A stretch of DNA of 64,000 bases from Escherichia phage vB_EcoM_G2133. The stretch lies in sequence record MK327928.1. One strand, given 5' to 3'. Every line of letters begins with the position of its first letter. Positions within the stretch are counted from its first letter, which is position 1. Both the position numbers and the translations under genes were made by a program. Shown in pieces: positions 45,001 to 56,540 of this stretch. The notes under the pieces are model-generated. The model was not told where the DNA came from and did not search any database. It worked only from the letters and a program-made list of their open reading frames with translations.

Positions 45001-48000
45001 ATGGCCGAGATTAAAAGAAAGTTCAGAGCAGAAGATGGTCTGGACGCAGGTGGTGATAAAATAATCAACGTAGCTTTAGCTGATCGTGCCGTAGGAACTG
45101 ACGGCGTTAACGTTGATTACTTAATTCAAGAAAACACAGTTCAACAATATGATCCAACTCGTGGATATTTAAAAGATTTTGTAATCATTTATGATAACCG
45201 CTTTTGGGCTGCTATAAATGATATTCCAAAACCAGCAGGAGCTTTTAATAGCGTACGATGGAGAGCGTTACGTACTGATGCAAACTGGACAACTGTTTCA
45301 TCAGGACCTTATCAATTAAAATCGGGCGAATCAATTTCAGTTGATACTGCAGCGGGTAATGACATTACATTTACTTTGCCATCTTCTCCAATTGATGGTG
45401 ATACTATCGTTCTCCAAGATATTGGAGGAAAACCTGGAGTTAACCAGGTTTTAATTACAGCTCCGGTACAAAGCATTGTAAATTTTAGAGGTCAGCAAGT
45501 ACGTTCAGTACTAATGACTCATCCAAAATCACAGATAGTTTTAATTTTTAGTAATCGTCTGTGGCAAATGTATGTCGCTGATTATAGTAGAGAAGCTGTA
45601 GTTGTAACGCCTGCGAGTCTCTATCAGGCGCAATCAAACGATTTTATCGTACGTAGATTTACTTCTGCTTCAGCAATTAATATTAAACTTCCAAGATTTG
45701 CCAATCATGGCGATATTATTAATTTCGTTGATTTAGATAAACTGAATCCACTTTATCATACAATTGTTACTACATACGATGAAACGACTTCAGTACAAGA
45801 AGTTGGAACTCATTCCATTGAAGGTCGTACATCGATTGACGGTTTCTTGATGTTTGATGATAATGAGAAATTGTGGAGATTGTTTGACGGGGATAGTAAA
45901 GCACGTTTACGCATTATAACAACTAATTCTAATATTCGTCCAAATGAAGAAGTTATGGTATTTGGTGCGAATAACGGAACAGCTCAGACAATTGAACTTC
46001 AGCTTCCGACTGATATTTCTGTTGGTGATACTGTTAAAATTTCCATGAATTACATGAGAAAAGGGCAAACAGTTAAAATCAAAGCTGCCGGTGAAGATAA
46101 AATTGCTTCTTCGGTTCAATTGTTGCAATTCCCAAAACGCTCAGAATATCCGCCTGAAGCTGAATGGGTAACAGTTCAAGAATTAGTTTTTAATGGTGAA
46201 ACTAATTATGTACCAGTTTTGCAACTTGCTTATATTGAAGATTCTGATGGAAAATACTGGGTTGTACAGCAAAATGTTCCAACCGTAGAAAGAGTAGATT
46301 CTTTAAATGATTCTACTAGAGCAAGATTAGGCGTAATTGCTTTAGCTACACAAGCTCAAGCTAATGTCGATTTAGAAAATTCTCCTCAAAAAGAATTAGC
46401 AATTACTCCAGAAACGTTAGCTAATCGTACTGCTACAGAAACTCGTAGAGGTATTGCAAGAATAGCAACTACTGCTCAAGTGAATCAGAACACCACATTC
46501 TCTTTTGCAGATGACCTTATCATTACTCCTAAAAAGCTGAATGAAAGAACTGCTACAGAAACTCGTAGAGGTGTCGCAGAAATTGCTACGCAGCAAGAAA
46601 CTAATACAGGTACTGATGATACTACAATCATTACTCCTAAAAAGCTTCAAGCTCGTCAAGGTTCTGAATCATTATCTGGTATTGTAACCTTTGTATCTAC
46701 TGCAGGAGCTACTCCAGCTTCTAGCCGTGAATTAAATGGTACGAATGTTTATAATAAAAACACTAATAATTTAGTTGTTTCGCCTAAAGCTCTGGATCAG
46801 TATAAAGCTACTCCAACGCAACAAGGTGCAGTAATTTTAGCAGTTGAAAGTGAAGTAATTGCTGGACAAAGTCAGGAAGGATGGGCAAATGCGGTTGTAA
46901 CGCCAGAAACGTTACATAAAAAGACATCAACTGATGGAAGAATTGGTTTAATTGAAATTGCTACGCAAAGTGAAGTTAATACAGGAACTGACTATACACG
47001 TGCAGTCACTCCTAAAACTTTAAATGACCGTAGAGCAACTGAAAGTTTAAGTGGTATAGCTGAAATTGCGACACAAGTTGAATTCGACGCAGGCGTCGAC
47101 GATACTCGTATCTCTACACCATTAAAAATTAAAACCAGATTTAATAGTACTGATCGTACTTCTGTTGTTGCTCTATCTGGATTAGTTGAATCAGGAACTC
47201 TCTGGGACCATTATACCCTTAATATTCTTGAAGCAAATGAGACACAACGTGGTACACTTCGTGTAGCTACACAGGTTGAAGCTGCTGCAGGAACATTAGA
47301 TAATGTTTTAATAACTCCTAAAAAGCTTTTAGGTACTAAATCTACCGAATCGCAAGAAGGTGTTATTAAAGTTGCAACTCAGTCTGAAACTGTGACTGGA
47401 ACGTCAGCAAATACTGCTGTATCTCCAAAAAATTTAAAATGGATTGTGCAGAGTGAACCTACTTGGGCAGCAACTACTGCGATAAGAGGTTTTGTTAAAA
47501 CTTCATCTGGTTCAATTACATTCGTTGGTAATGATACAGTCGGTTCTACTCAAGATTTAGAACTGTATGAGAAAAATAGCTATGCGGTATCACCATATGA
47601 ATTAAACCGTGTATTAGCAAATTATTTACCGTTAAAAGCAAAAGCTGCTGATACAAATTTATTGGATGGTCTAGATTCATCTCAGTTCATTCGTAGGGAC
47701 ATTGCGCAGACAGTTAATGGTTCACTAACCTTAACCCAACAAACGAATCTGAGTGCCCCTCTTGTATCATCTAGTACTGCTACGTTTGGTGGTTCAGTTT
47801 CGGCAAATAGTACATTAACTATTTCTAATACTGGAACTGCAACTCGTCTGATTTTTGAGAAAGGACCTCAAACTGGAACTAACCCAGCACAGACGATGAC
47901 TATTAGAGTTTGGGGAAATCAGTTTGGCGGCGGTTCAGATACAACACGTTCTACTGTATTTGAAGTTGGTGATGAAACGTCTAATCACTTTTATTCTCAA

Positions 48001-48870
48001 CGTAATAAAGCTGGGAATATAACGTTTAGTATCAATGGTACTGTAATGCCAATAAACATTAATGCTTCGGGTTCTTTAAATGCGAATGGCGTAGCAACAT
48101 TTGGTAGTTCAGTTACAGCCAATGGTGAATTCATCAGCAAGTCTGCGAATGCTTTTAGAGCAATAAACGGTGATTACGGATTCTTTATTCGTAATGATGG
48201 CGGCAGCACATATTTTATGCTTACTGCATCCGGTGATCAGACTGGTGGATTTAATGGATTACGTCCATTATCAATTAATAATCAATCCGGTCAAGTCACA
48301 ATTGGTGAAAGCTTAATCATTGCCAAAGGTGCTACTATAAATTCAGGCGGTTTGACTGTTAACTCGAGAATTCGTTCTCAGGGTACTAAAACATCTGATT
48401 TATATACCCGCGCACCAACAACTGATACTGTAGGATTCTGGTCAATTGATATTAACGATTCAGCCACTTATAATCAGTTCCCGGGTTATTTTAAAATGGT
48501 TGAAAAAACTAATGAAGTGACTGGACTTCCATACTTAGAACGTGGTGAAGAGGTTAAATCTCCTGGTACATTGACTCAGTTTGGTAACACACTTGATTCG
48601 CTTTACCAAGATTGGATTACTTATCCAACAACACCAGAAGCGCGTACCACTCGTTGGACACGCACATGGCAGAAAACCAAAAACTCTTGGTCAAGTTTTG
48701 TTCAGGTATTTGACGGAGGTAACCCTCCTCAACCGTCTGATATTGGTGCTTTACCATCTGATAATGCTATAATGGGTAATCTTACTATTCGTGATTTCTT
48801 ACGAATTGGTAATGTTCGCATTGTTCCTGACCCAGTGAATAAAACGGTTAAATTTGAATGGGTTGAATAA
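45001..48870 (+). CDS. 34: Long tail fibre proximal subunit gp34
   Basis: 1289 aa; internal repeats …TPETLANRTATETRRGIARIATTAQ… recurring about 7 times. Confidence 0.9.
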   Translation: MAEIKRKFRAEDGLDAGGDKIINVALADRAVGTDGVNVDYLIQENTVQQYDPTRGYLKDFVIIYDNRFWAAINDIPKPAGAFNSVRWRALRTDANWTTVSSGPYQLKSGESISVDTAAGNDITFTLPSSPIDGDTIVLQDIGGKPGVNQVLITAPVQSIVNFRGQQVRSVLMTHPKSQIVLIFSNRLWQMYVADYSREAVVVTPASLYQAQSNDFIVRRFTSASAINIKLPRFANHGDIINFVDLDKLNPLYHTIVTTYDETTSVQEVGTHSIEGRTSIDGFLMFDDNEKLWRLFDGDSKARLRIITTNSNIRPNEEVMVFGANNGTAQTIELQLPTDISVGDTVKISMNYMRKGQTVKIKAAGEDKIASSVQLLQFPKRSEYPPEAEWVTVQELVFNGETNYVPVLQLAYIEDSDGKYWVVQQNVPTVERVDSLNDSTRARLGVIALATQAQANVDLENSPQKELAITPETLANRTATETRRGIARIATTAQVNQNTTFSFADDLIITPKKLNERTATETRRGVAEIATQQETNTGTDDTTIITPKKLQARQGSESLSGIVTFVSTAGATPASSRELNGTNVYNKNTNNLVVSPKALDQYKATPTQQGAVILAVESEVIAGQSQEGWANAVVTPETLHKKTSTDGRIGLIEIATQSEVNTGTDYTRAVTPKTLNDRRATESLSGIAEIATQVEFDAGVDDTRISTPLKIKTRFNSTDRTSVVALSGLVESGTLWDHYTLNILEANETQRGTLRVATQVEAAAGTLDNVLITPKKLLGTKSTESQEGVIKVATQSETVTGTSANTAVSPKNLKWIVQSEPTWAATTAIRGFVKTSSGSITFVGNDTVGSTQDLELYEKNSYAVSPYELNRVLANYLPLKAKAADTNLLDGLDSSQFIRRDIAQTVNGSLTLTQQTNLSAPLVSSSTATFGGSVSANSTLTISNTGTATRLIFEKGPQTGTNPAQTMTIRVWGNQFGGGSDTTRSTVFEVGDETSNHFYSQRNKAGNITFSINGTVMPININASGSLNANGVATFGSSVTANGEFISKSANAFRAINGDYGFFIRNDGGSTYFMLTASGDQTGGFNGLRPLSINNQSGQVTIGESLIIAKGATINSGGLTVNSRIRSQGTKTSDLYTRAPTTDTVGFWSIDINDSATYNQFPGYFKMVEKTNEVTGLPYLERGEEVKSPGTLTQFGNTLDSLYQDWITYPTTPEARTTRWTRTWQKTKNSWSSFVQVFDGGNPPQPSDIGALPSDNAIMGNLTIRDFLRIGNVRIVPDPVNKTVKFEWVE

Positions 48871-48878
48871 GAGGTATT

Positions 48879-49994
48879 ATGGAAAAATTTATGGCAGAGT
48901 TTGGACAAGGATACGTCCAAACGCCATTTTTATCGGAAAGCAATTCAGTAAGATATAAAATAAGTATAGCGGGTTCTTGCCCGCTTTCTACAGCAGGACC
49001 ATACGTTAAATTTCAGGATAATCCTGTAGGAAATCAAACATTTAGCGCAGGTCTTCATTTAAGAGTTTTTGATCCTTCTACAGGAGCATTAGTTGATAGT
49101 AAGTCATATGCTTTTTCTACTTCAAATGATACTACATCAGCTGCTTTTGTTAGTTTCATGAATTCTTTGACGAATAATAGAATTGTTGCTATATTAACTA
49201 GCGGAAAGGTTAATTTTCCTCCTGAAGTAGTATCTTGGTTAAGAACCGCCGGAACGTCTGCTTTTCCATCTGACTCTATATTGTCAAGATTTGATGTATC
49301 ATATGCTGCTTTTTATACTTCTTCTAAAAGAGCTATTGCATTAGAGCATGTTAAATTAAGTAATAGAAAAAGCACAGATGATTATCAAACTATTTTAGAT
49401 GTTGTATTTGACAGTTTAGAAGACGTTGGAGCTACCGGGTTTCCAAGAAGAACATATGAAAGCGTTGAGCAGTTTATGTCAGCGGTTGGTGGAACTAATA
49501 ACGAAATTGCACGTCTACCAACTTCATCCGCGATAAGTAAACTTTCTGACTACAATTTAATTCCTGGCGATGTTCTTTATCTTAAAGCACAACTATATGC
49601 TGATGCCGATTTACTTGCTCTTGGAACTACGAATATATCCATTAGATTTTATAATGAATCGGATGGATATATTTCTTCAACACATGCTGAGTTTACTGGT
49701 CAAGCTGGGTCATGGGAATTAAAGGAAGACTATGTAGTTGTTCCTGAAAATGCGGTAGGATTTACGATATATGCACAAAGAACTGCCCAAGCAGGTCAAG
49801 GAGGCATGAGAAATTTAAGCTTTTCTGAAGTATCAAGAAATGGCGGCATTTCAAAACCTGCTGAATTCGGCGTCAATGGTATTCGTGTTAATTATATCTG
49901 TGAATCTGCTTCACCTCCGGATATAATGGTACTTCCTACACAAGCATCGTCTAAAACTGGTAAAGTGTTTGGGCAAGAATTTAGAGAAGTTTAA
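48879..49994 (+). CDS. 35: Long tail fibre hinge protein gp35
   Basis: 371 aa. Confidence 0.85.
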   Translation: MEKFMAEFGQGYVQTPFLSESNSVRYKISIAGSCPLSTAGPYVKFQDNPVGNQTFSAGLHLRVFDPSTGALVDSKSYAFSTSNDTTSAAFVSFMNSLTNNRIVAILTSGKVNFPPEVVSWLRTAGTSAFPSDSILSRFDVSYAAFYTSSKRAIALEHVKLSNRKSTDDYQTILDVVFDSLEDVGATGFPRRTYESVEQFMSAVGGTNNEIARLPTSSAISKLSDYNLIPGDVLYLKAQLYADADLLALGTTNISIRFYNESDGYISSTHAEFTGQAGSWELKEDYVVVPENAVGFTIYAQRTAQAGQGGMRNLSFSEVSRNGGISKPAEFGVNGIRVNYICESASPPDIMVLPTQASSKTGKVFGQEFREV

Positions 49995-49998
49995 ATTG

Positions 49999-50016
49999 AG
50001 GGAGCCTTCGGGTTCC
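49999..50016 (+). terminator. Hairpin gggagccTTCGggttccc followed by a T-run
   Basis: GC stem then tttttcttt; directly before the gene 36 late promoter. Confidence 0.65.
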
Positions 50017-50025
50017 CTTTTTCTT

Positions 50026-50033
50026 TATAAATA
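50026..50033 (+). promoter_or_regulatory. Late promoter TATAAATA upstream of gene 36
   Basis: Exact TATAAATA 24 nt upstream of the gp36 ATG. Confidence 0.65.
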
Positions 50034-50056
50034 CTATTAAAATAAAGGGGCATACA

Positions 50057-50713
50057 ATGGCTGATTTAAAAGTAGGTTCAACAACCGGAGGCTCTGTCAT
50101 TTGGCATCAAGGAAATTTTCCATTGAATCCAGCCGGTGACGATGTACTCTATAAATCATTTAAAATATATTCAGAATATAATAAACCACAAGCTGCTGAT
50201 AACGATTTCGTTTCTAAAGCTAATGGCGGTACTTATTTAAATAAAGTAATTTTTAATAAAGGAATGACTGTTCCTGGCGCAGGGTCAGGTGATAATGGTA
50301 TTTTTGCTGGTCCTGGTGATAGTGCCACGTATGATACTACAAATATGGATATTGTTTCATGGTATGGTATTGGTTTTAAATCATCACAAGGAACAGCAGG
50401 TAGAACTGTAGTAATTAACACACGAAATGGAGATATTAGCTCAAAGGGCGTAATTGAAGCATCACAAATCCGTGTAACTTCGTTATCACCAGTAAATAAT
50501 TATGACCTTACGCGGAAAGATTATGTTGATGGAGCAATAAATATTGTTACAGCAAACGCAAACTCTAGGGTATTACGCTCTGGAGACACTATGACAGGAA
50601 ATTTAACTGCGCCAAACCTTTTTTCACAGAATCCTGCATCTCAACCCTCGCATGTTCCACGATTTGACCAAATTGTTATTAAGGATTCTGTTCAAGATTT
50701 CGGCTATTATTAA
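50057..50713 (+). CDS. 36: Long tail fibre distal connector gp36
   Basis: 218 aa. Confidence 0.85.
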   Translation: MADLKVGSTTGGSVIWHQGNFPLNPAGDDVLYKSFKIYSEYNKPQAADNDFVSKANGGTYLNKVIFNKGMTVPGAGSGDNGIFAGPGDSATYDTTNMDIVSWYGIGFKSSQGTAGRTVVINTRNGDISSKGVIEASQIRVTSLSPVNNYDLTRKDYVDGAINIVTANANSRVLRSGDTMTGNLTAPNLFSQNPASQPSHVPRFDQIVIKDSVQDFGYY

Positions 50714-50721
50714 GAGGACTT

Positions 50722-53700
50722 ATGGCTACTTTAAAACAAATACAATTTAAAAGAAGCAAAACTGCAGGAGCACGTCCTGCCGCTTCAGTATTAGCCGAAG
50801 GTGAATTGGCTATAAACTTAAAAGACCGTGTACTTTTTACTAAAGATGACCAAGGAAATATTATTGATCTGGGTTTTGCTAAAGGCGGTAGTATTGACGG
50901 GAATGTTATTCATACAGGCAATTATAACCAAACTGGCGATTATACTTTAAATGGCGTCTTCACTCAGACTGGTAATTTTAATTTAACTGGTATTGCTCGA
51001 GTAACTCGCGATATTATTGCCGCTGGGCAGATTATGACTGAAGGCGGAGAACTTATTACAAAAAGTTCAGGTACAGCGCATGTTCGTTTTTTCGATAACA
51101 ATAGTCGCGAACGCGGAATCATTTATGCCCCGGCTAATGATGGTTTAACTACACAAGTACTTAATATCCGCGTTCAAGACTACGCCGCCGGTGATGAAAG
51201 CACCTATGCATTTTCAGGCAGTGGCCTATTTACTTCACCTGAAGTATCAGCATGGAAATCTATGTCAACTCCTCAGATTTTGACAAATAGAGTTATTACT
51301 AATAATAAATCTACGAGCGATTATGATATTTATTCTATGGCAGACAACGTTCCATTGTCTGAAAGCACTACTGCTATTAATCATCTCCGTGTTATGCGCA
51401 ATGCTGTAGGCGGTGCTGTATTCCATGAAGTTAAAGATAATGATGGAATAACTTGGTATACCGGAGATGGCTTAGACACTTATCTTTGGTCGTTTACCTG
51501 GTCCGGCGGATTGAAAGCAGGCCATTCTATTTCTGTTGGTACTCCTGGTGGCAATAAAGGATACTCTGAATTAGGGACTGCTTCAATTTCTCTTGGCGAT
51601 AATGATACCGGGCTAAAATGGCATCAGGATGGATATTATTTCAGCGTCAATAATGGAACGAAAACATTTTTATTTAGCCCTAGCGAAACAACTAGCCTAA
51701 GAAAATTTGTAGCTGGATATTCTACTAATGGAACAGATTTAACTACTCCTCCGACTGAAAACTATGCATTAGCCACTGTTGTTACTTACCATGATAATAA
51801 CGCGTATGGTGACGGTCAAACTCTTTTAGGTTATTATCAGGGCGGTAATTATCACCACTATTTCCGCGGTAAGGGTACTACAAACATTAATACTCATGGC
51901 GGTTTGTTAGTTACTCCTGGTAATATTGACGTTATTGGTGGTTCTGTTAATATCGATGGTAGAAATAATTCTTCTACACTGATGTTTAGAGGTAACACAA
52001 CTGGTGCTAGTTCAGTTGATAATATGACAATTTCTGTATGGGGTAATACGTTTATTAATCCTAGTGTAGGTAATCGTAAAAACGTTATGGAAATTTCTGA
52101 CGCAACTAGTTGGATGAGCTATATTCAAAGACTTACTACTGGTGAAGTAGAAATGAACGTTAACGGTTCATTTGAATCATCTGGTGTTACTGCTGGAGAT
52201 AGGGGAGTTTACACAACAGGCGAAATTTCATCTGGGGCTGTGAATGCACTTCGCATTTGGAATGCAGATTATGGAGCCATTTTTAGACGTTCAGAAGGAA
52301 GTCTTCATATTATTCCAACTGCTTATGGTGAAGGTAAACATGGTGATATCGGTCCACTTCGCCCGTTTAGTATGGCTTTAGATACCGGTAAAGTTACTAT
52401 TCCAGATTTACAATCAAGTTACAATACGTTTGCTGCTAACGGTTATATTAAATTTGTTGGTCATGGAGCGGGTGCCGGCGGTTATGACATTCAATATGCT
52501 CAAGCGGCCCCTATTTTCCAGGAAATTGATGATGATGCTATAAGCAAATATTATCCTATTGTTAAACAGAAGTTTTTAAACGGCAAAGCTGTTTGGTCTT
52601 TAGGTACTGAAATTAATTCGGGTACATTCGTTATTCATCATCTGAAAGAAGATGGTTCACAAGGCCATACGTCTCGTTTTAATCAGGACGGTACTGTTAA
52701 CTTCCCGGGTAACGTTCAAGTTGGTGGTGGCAGAGCTATTATTGCTGAAAATGGTAACATTTTCTCTGATATCTGGGAAACATTTACTTCAGCTGGAGAC
52801 ACTACAAATATTCGTGATGCGATAGCTACTCGTGTTTCTAAAGAAGGTGACACGATGACTGGTAAATTGACTTTATCTGCTGGAAATGATGCCCTTGTTT
52901 TAACTGCAGGCGTGGGTGCTTCATCGCACATCCGTAGCGATGTAGGTGGTACAGGTAACTGGTATATAGGCAAAGGCGGCGGCGATAATGGTCTAGGTTT
53001 TTACAGTTACATTACACAAGGCGGTGTATACATAACAAATAATGGCGAAATATCGCTTTCTCCTCAAGGTCAAGGAACATTTAATTTTAATAGAGACCGC
53101 CTTCATATAAACGGTACACAATGGGTTGCGCATAAATCTGGCGCCTGGGGTGACCAATGGGGTTTAGAAGCTCCTATATTTGTAGATTTTGGATCCGTCA
53201 GCAATGACTGCTATTATCCTATTATTAAAGGAAAATCTGGTATTACTAACGAAGGATATTTTTCCGGCGTAGATTTTGGTATGCGACGCATTACTAATAC
53301 CTGGGCGCAAGGTATTATTCGTGTAGGTAACCAGGAAAATGGCCATGACCCACAGGCTGTCTATGAATTCCATCATAACGGCACTTTTTATTCTCCTAAC
53401 ATGGTTAAAACCGGCGCAAGACTATCAGCTGGTGGTGGTGACCCGGTATGGACTGGACCGTGTCTTGTTATTGGTGATAATGACACTGGGTTAGTTCATG
53501 GCGGTGACGGCCGAATCAATATGGTTGCCAATGGTATACATATTGCAAACTGGGGAGCAGGCTATCAATCTCATCCTGGGCTTTGGGATACCACTGGTGC
53601 TTTGTGGACTGAACAAGGAAGAGCTATTATTTCTTTTGGTCATTTAGTCCAACAGAGCGATGCCTATTCCACATTTGTTCGAGATGTTTATGTCCGTTCT

Positions 53701-54033
53701 GATATTCGTGTTAAAAAAGACCTTGTTAAATTTGAAAATGCTTCTGAGAAGCTTTCCAAAATTAACGGTTACACTTATATGCAGAAGCGAGGCCTAGATG
53801 AAGAAGGCAATCAGAAATGGGAACCTAACGCCGGTTTAATTGCTCAAGAAGTTCAAGCTATTTTACCAGAATTAGTTGAAGGTGACCCTGATGGCGAAGC
53901 TTTACTTCGTTTGAACTATAACGGTGTAATTGGTTTAAATACAGCTGCAATCAATGAGCATACTGCAGAAATTGCAGAACTTAAATCAGAAATCGAAGAA
54001 CTTAAAGCATTAGTTAAATCATTGTTAAAATAA
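50722..54033 (+). CDS. 37: Long tail fibre distal subunit gp37 with C-terminal chaperone-like domain
   Basis: 1103 aa; C-terminal …[15 protein letters not shown]… followed by coiled coil [22 protein letters not shown]. Confidence 0.85.
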   Translation: MATLKQIQFKRSKTAGARPAASVLAEGELAINLKDRVLFTKDDQGNIIDLGFAKGGSIDGNVIHTGNYNQTGDYTLNGVFTQTGNFNLTGIARVTRDIIAAGQIMTEGGELITKSSGTAHVRFFDNNSRERGIIYAPANDGLTTQVLNIRVQDYAAGDESTYAFSGSGLFTSPEVSAWKSMSTPQILTNRVITNNKSTSDYDIYSMADNVPLSESTTAINHLRVMRNAVGGAVFHEVKDNDGITWYTGDGLDTYLWSFTWSGGLKAGHSISVGTPGGNKGYSELGTASISLGDNDTGLKWHQDGYYFSVNNGTKTFLFSPSETTSLRKFVAGYSTNGTDLTTPPTENYALATVVTYHDNNAYGDGQTLLGYYQGGNYHHYFRGKGTTNINTHGGLLVTPGNIDVIGGSVNIDGRNNSSTLMFRGNTTGASSVDNMTISVWGNTFINPSVGNRKNVMEISDATSWMSYIQRLTTGEVEMNVNGSFESSGVTAGDRGVYTTGEISSGAVNALRIWNADYGAIFRRSEGSLHIIPTAYGEGKHGDIGPLRPFSMALDTGKVTIPDLQSSYNTFAANGYIKFVGHGAGAGGYDIQYAQAAPIFQEIDDDAISKYYPIVKQKFLNGKAVWSLGTEINSGTFVIHHLKEDGSQGHTSRFNQDGTVNFPGNVQVGGGRAIIAENGNIFSDIWETFTSAGDTTNIRDAIATRVSKEGDTMTGKLTLSAGNDALVLTAGVGASSHIRSDVGGTGNWYIGKGGGDNGLGFYSYITQGGVYITNNGEISLSPQGQGTFNFNRDRLHINGTQWVAHKSGAWGDQWGLEAPIFVDFGSVSNDCYYPIIKGKSGITNEGYFSGVDFGMRRITNTWAQGIIRVGNQENGHDPQAVYEFHHNGTFYSPNMVKTGARLSAGGGDPVWTGPCLVIGDNDTGLVHGGDGRINMVANGIHIANWGAGYQSHPGLWDTTGALWTEQGRAIISFGHLVQQSDAYSTFVRDVYVRSDIRVKKDLVKFENASEKLSKINGYTYMQKRGLDEEGNQKWEPNAGLIAQEVQAILPELVEGDPDGEALLRLNYNGVIGLNTAAINEHTAEIAELKSEIEELKALVKSLLK

Positions 54034-54038
54034 TAAGA

Positions 54039-54052
54039 GGGGCTTCGGCCCC
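54039..54052 (+). promoter_or_regulatory. Hairpin ggggcTTCGgcccc between genes 37 and 38 (no U-run)
   Basis: Perfect GC stem immediately followed by RBS ggagg for gp38. Confidence 0.45.
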
Positions 54053-54064
54053 TTGGAGGTTTAT

Positions 54065-54838
54065 ATGGCAGTAGCAGGACCGTGGATAGGAACTTCTGCA
54101 TTGGCACAGACTGGAGACCATTGGATGGCAGGAGCAGCCGCAAGATTAAGAATGGGCGTTCCGTTTTGGATGAGTAATATGATAGGTCGATCTGTTGAAG
54201 TAATTCACACGCTTGGAGCAGACCACAACTTCAATGGTCAATGGTTCCGAGATAGATGTTTTGAGGCAGGTAGTGCACCTATAGTGTTTAATATCACTGG
54301 AGATTTAGTATCATATTCTAAAGATGTTCCTTTATTCTTCATGTACGGAGATACACCGAATGAATATGTTCAGTTGAATATACACGGCGTAACGATGTAT
54401 GGACGTGGTGGTAATGGCGGTAGCAATAGTCCTGGCTCAGCTGGAGGTCATTGTATTCAAAACGATATTGGTGGTAGACTAAGAATTAATAATGGTGGAG
54501 CTATTGCAGGCGGCGGTGGCGGCGGTGGCGGCGGTAACAGGGGTAGACTAGTATTTGGTGGCGGCGGTGGTCGTCCATTTGGTGCTGGTGGGTCTTCCTC
54601 TCATATGAGTGCTGGTGCAACCGCTGGCACCATTTACGCTCCGGGTGCAGGATCTGTCGGTGAGGGGTCTCTTAGTGCATATACAGGCGGGTCTGGTGGT
54701 GAAGTTGGCTCCGCAGGAGGTAGATGTAATACTCACGGTGCCGGTACAGAATATAACGGCGGAGCTGCTGGTTATGCTGTTATAGGGTCTGCTCCAACGT
54801 GGATAAATGTTGGAGCAATATATGGTCCAAGAGTATAA
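54065..54838 (+). CDS. 38: T2-type receptor-recognising adhesin gp38 (glycine-rich motifs)
   Basis: 257 aa from ATG at 54065 (ORF track used TTG); poly-Gly blocks [21 protein letters not shown] separating variable segments. Confidence 0.8.
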   Translation: MAVAGPWIGTSALAQTGDHWMAGAAARLRMGVPFWMSNMIGRSVEVIHTLGADHNFNGQWFRDRCFEAGSAPIVFNITGDLVSYSKDVPLFFMYGDTPNEYVQLNIHGVTMYGRGGNGGSNSPGSAGGHCIQNDIGGRLRINNGGAIAGGGGGGGGGNRGRLVFGGGGGRPFGAGGSSSHMSAGATAGTIYAPGAGSVGEGSLSAYTGGSGGEVGSAGGRCNTHGAGTEYNGGAAGYAVIGSAPTWINVGAIYGPRV

Positions 54839-54868
54839 TTTGAATAAATATCCTTAAAAGGAGGGTCT

Positions 54869-55525
54869 ATGGCAGCACCTAGAATATCATTTTCGCCCTC
54901 TGATATTCTGTTTGGTGTTCTAGATCGCTTGTTCAAAGATAACGCTACCGGGAAAGTTCTTGCTTCCCGGGTAGCTGTCGTAATTCTTTTATTTATGATG
55001 GCGATTGTTTGGTATAGGGGAGATAGTTTCTTTGAGTACTATAAGCAATCAAAGTATGAAACATACAGTGAAATTATTGAAAAGGAAAGAAATGCACGCT
55101 TTGAATCTGTCGCCCTGGAACAACTCCAGATAGTTCATATATCATCTGAGGCAGACTTTAGTGCGGTGTATTCTTTCCGCCCTAAAAACTTAAACTATTT
55201 TGTTGATATTATAGCATATGAAGGAAAATTACCTTCAACAATAAGTGAAAAATCACTTGGAGGATATCCTGTTGATAAAACTATGGATGAATATGCAGTT
55301 CATTTAAATGGACGTCATTATTATTCCAACTCAAAATTTGCTTTTTTACCAACTAAAAAGCCTACTCCCGAAATAAACTACATGTACAGTTGTCCATATT
55401 TTAATTTGGATAATATCTATGCTGGAACGATAACCATGTACTGGTATAGAAATGATCATATAAGTAATGACCGCCTTGAATCAATATGTTCTCAGGCGGC
55501 CAGAATATTAGGAAGGGCTAAATAA
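54869..55525 (+). CDS. t: Holin T
   Basis: 218 aa; single N-terminal TM segment (VAVVILLFMMAIVWY), large periplasmic domain. Confidence 0.85.
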   Translation: MAAPRISFSPSDILFGVLDRLFKDNATGKVLASRVAVVILLFMMAIVWYRGDSFFEYYKQSKYETYSEIIEKERNARFESVALEQLQIVHISSEADFSAVYSFRPKNLNYFVDIIAYEGKLPSTISEKSLGGYPVDKTMDEYAVHLNGRHYYSNSKFAFLPTKKPTPEINYMYSCPYFNLDNIYAGTITMYWYRNDHISNDRLESICSQAARILGRAK

Positions 55526-55798
55526 TTATTTGTTTGTATACATCTCTAGATATCGATATACACCCTCAAAACCCTCGTTGAATTCGTCGATGAGGGTTTT
55601 CTTATCTTCTTGGGTTAATTCAGAAACAATTTTACGGAATGAATTCTGATTTAACTTTCTACCTTCATGCGTTACTCCAATCTCATTCAGAAATGCAATA
55701 AAATTAGCACGATTCTCAACAATATCTTCTCTGGAAAATTTAATCAAAATAGACGCAATAGTAATAATTTCACGAACTGTATCAATGTTTTTATTCAT
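55526..55798 (-). CDS. asiA: Anti-sigma-70 factor AsiA
   Basis: 90 aa; MNKNIDTVREIITIASILIKFSREDIV…. Confidence 0.85.
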   Translation of the reverse strand: MNKNIDTVREIITIASILIKFSREDIVENRANFIAFLNEIGVTHEGRKLNQNSFRKIVSELTQEDKKTLIDEFNEGFEGVYRYLEMYTNK

Positions 55799-55810
55799 TA
55801 ACTATACCAC

Positions 55811-55963
55811 TCAATTAGTTGACTTTATTATAATATCATCAGACACCTGATTTGTAAACTGGTCTGTGTTATTTTCTTCAAAAATTTTTTCTACGAATTC
55901 CTTGAACGACTCGCGTTCCTGAGCTGCATTATGCTCGATTACCATTTCAAGATTATGACTCAT
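55811..55963 (-). CDS. Hypothetical small acidic protein (50 aa)
   Basis: Unlisted ORF read by hand; ATG overlaps arn stop (ATGA). Confidence 0.4.
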   Translation of the reverse strand: MSHNLEMVIEHNAAQERESFKEFVEKIFEENNTDQFTNQVSDDIIIKSTN

Positions 55964-56238
55964 TCGAAATAATCTTCAATTTCGTAATCATGGACATAAA
56001 TCATTATAGTTTTTAATACATCATCAATACTTTTTCCTGGAGCTGGAATTACGTAAAAATATCCTGCTTTTGAGAGGTCTTTATAAGTTCCAATCAAGAA
56101 ATCATTATTCTCAAGATGTAGTTCTTCAACTAATTCATTGACAATTGAATGGTATAAATTTGGTAGAAACTTATATAGCTTTTCTAAAATATCAATTTTG
56201 ATTGTGTATTGAACCACGGACTGAGAATCAATAATCAT
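55960..56238 (-). CDS. arn: Arn anti-restriction protein (McrBC inhibitor)
   Basis: 92 aa, highly acidic; position upstream of asiA. Confidence 0.7.
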   Translation of the reverse strand: MIIDSQSVVQYTIKIDILEKLYKFLPNLYHSIVNELVEELHLENNDFLIGTYKDLSKAGYFYVIPAPGKSIDDVLKTIMIYVHDYEIEDYFE

Positions 56239-56321
56239 AGACCTTCCCCTTATGTTTCTGTTTGCGATTAGATTCTTTAAACGCTTTCTTCTTATCCTTA
56301 TGAACAGAAGCTTTATTAAAA

Positions 56322-56540
56322 TTATGTTTTGCGACTAAATTGTTCATAGTGCTGAATTACCTCTCTTAAACATTTGCATGTGAATGAAAACTTTTTAGCT
56401 ACACCACATTCAAATATATGTTCTCTTAAATCGTGTGTATCCGTATATCCCATCTCAACAATAAAATGCCGTATTAGATTTTTATCTTTATCATTGAGAG
56501 AATTAAAATAATCAGATTTTGAATTAATTTCCCTGGCCAA
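56322..56540 (-). CDS. Hypothetical protein
   Basis: 72-aa ORF. Confidence 0.45.
   Translation of the reverse strand: MAREINSKSDYFNSLNDKDKNLIRHFIVEMGYTDTHDLREHIFECGVAKKFSFTCKCLREVIQHYEQFSRKT

Noticed and set aside
45907-46659. Minus-strand ORFs of 73 and 80 aa inside gp34
   Set aside because: They lie antisense within a long, clearly coding late gene, are low-complexity with no RBS context, and are most likely shadow ORFs.
46420-47420. Periodic repeats in gp34 and the (ggc/ggt) tract in gp38 considered as a possible CRISPR array or VNTR
   Set aside because: The repeats are in-frame protein repeats of unequal spacing inside structural genes, with no repeat-spacer architecture and no cas genes nearby.
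52716-54736. Minus-strand ORFs inside gp37 and gp38 (52716..52973, 53164..53376, 53916..54143, 54548..54736)
   Set aside because: Shadow ORFs within tail-fibre genes; the Gly-codon repeat of gp38 creates open antisense frames.
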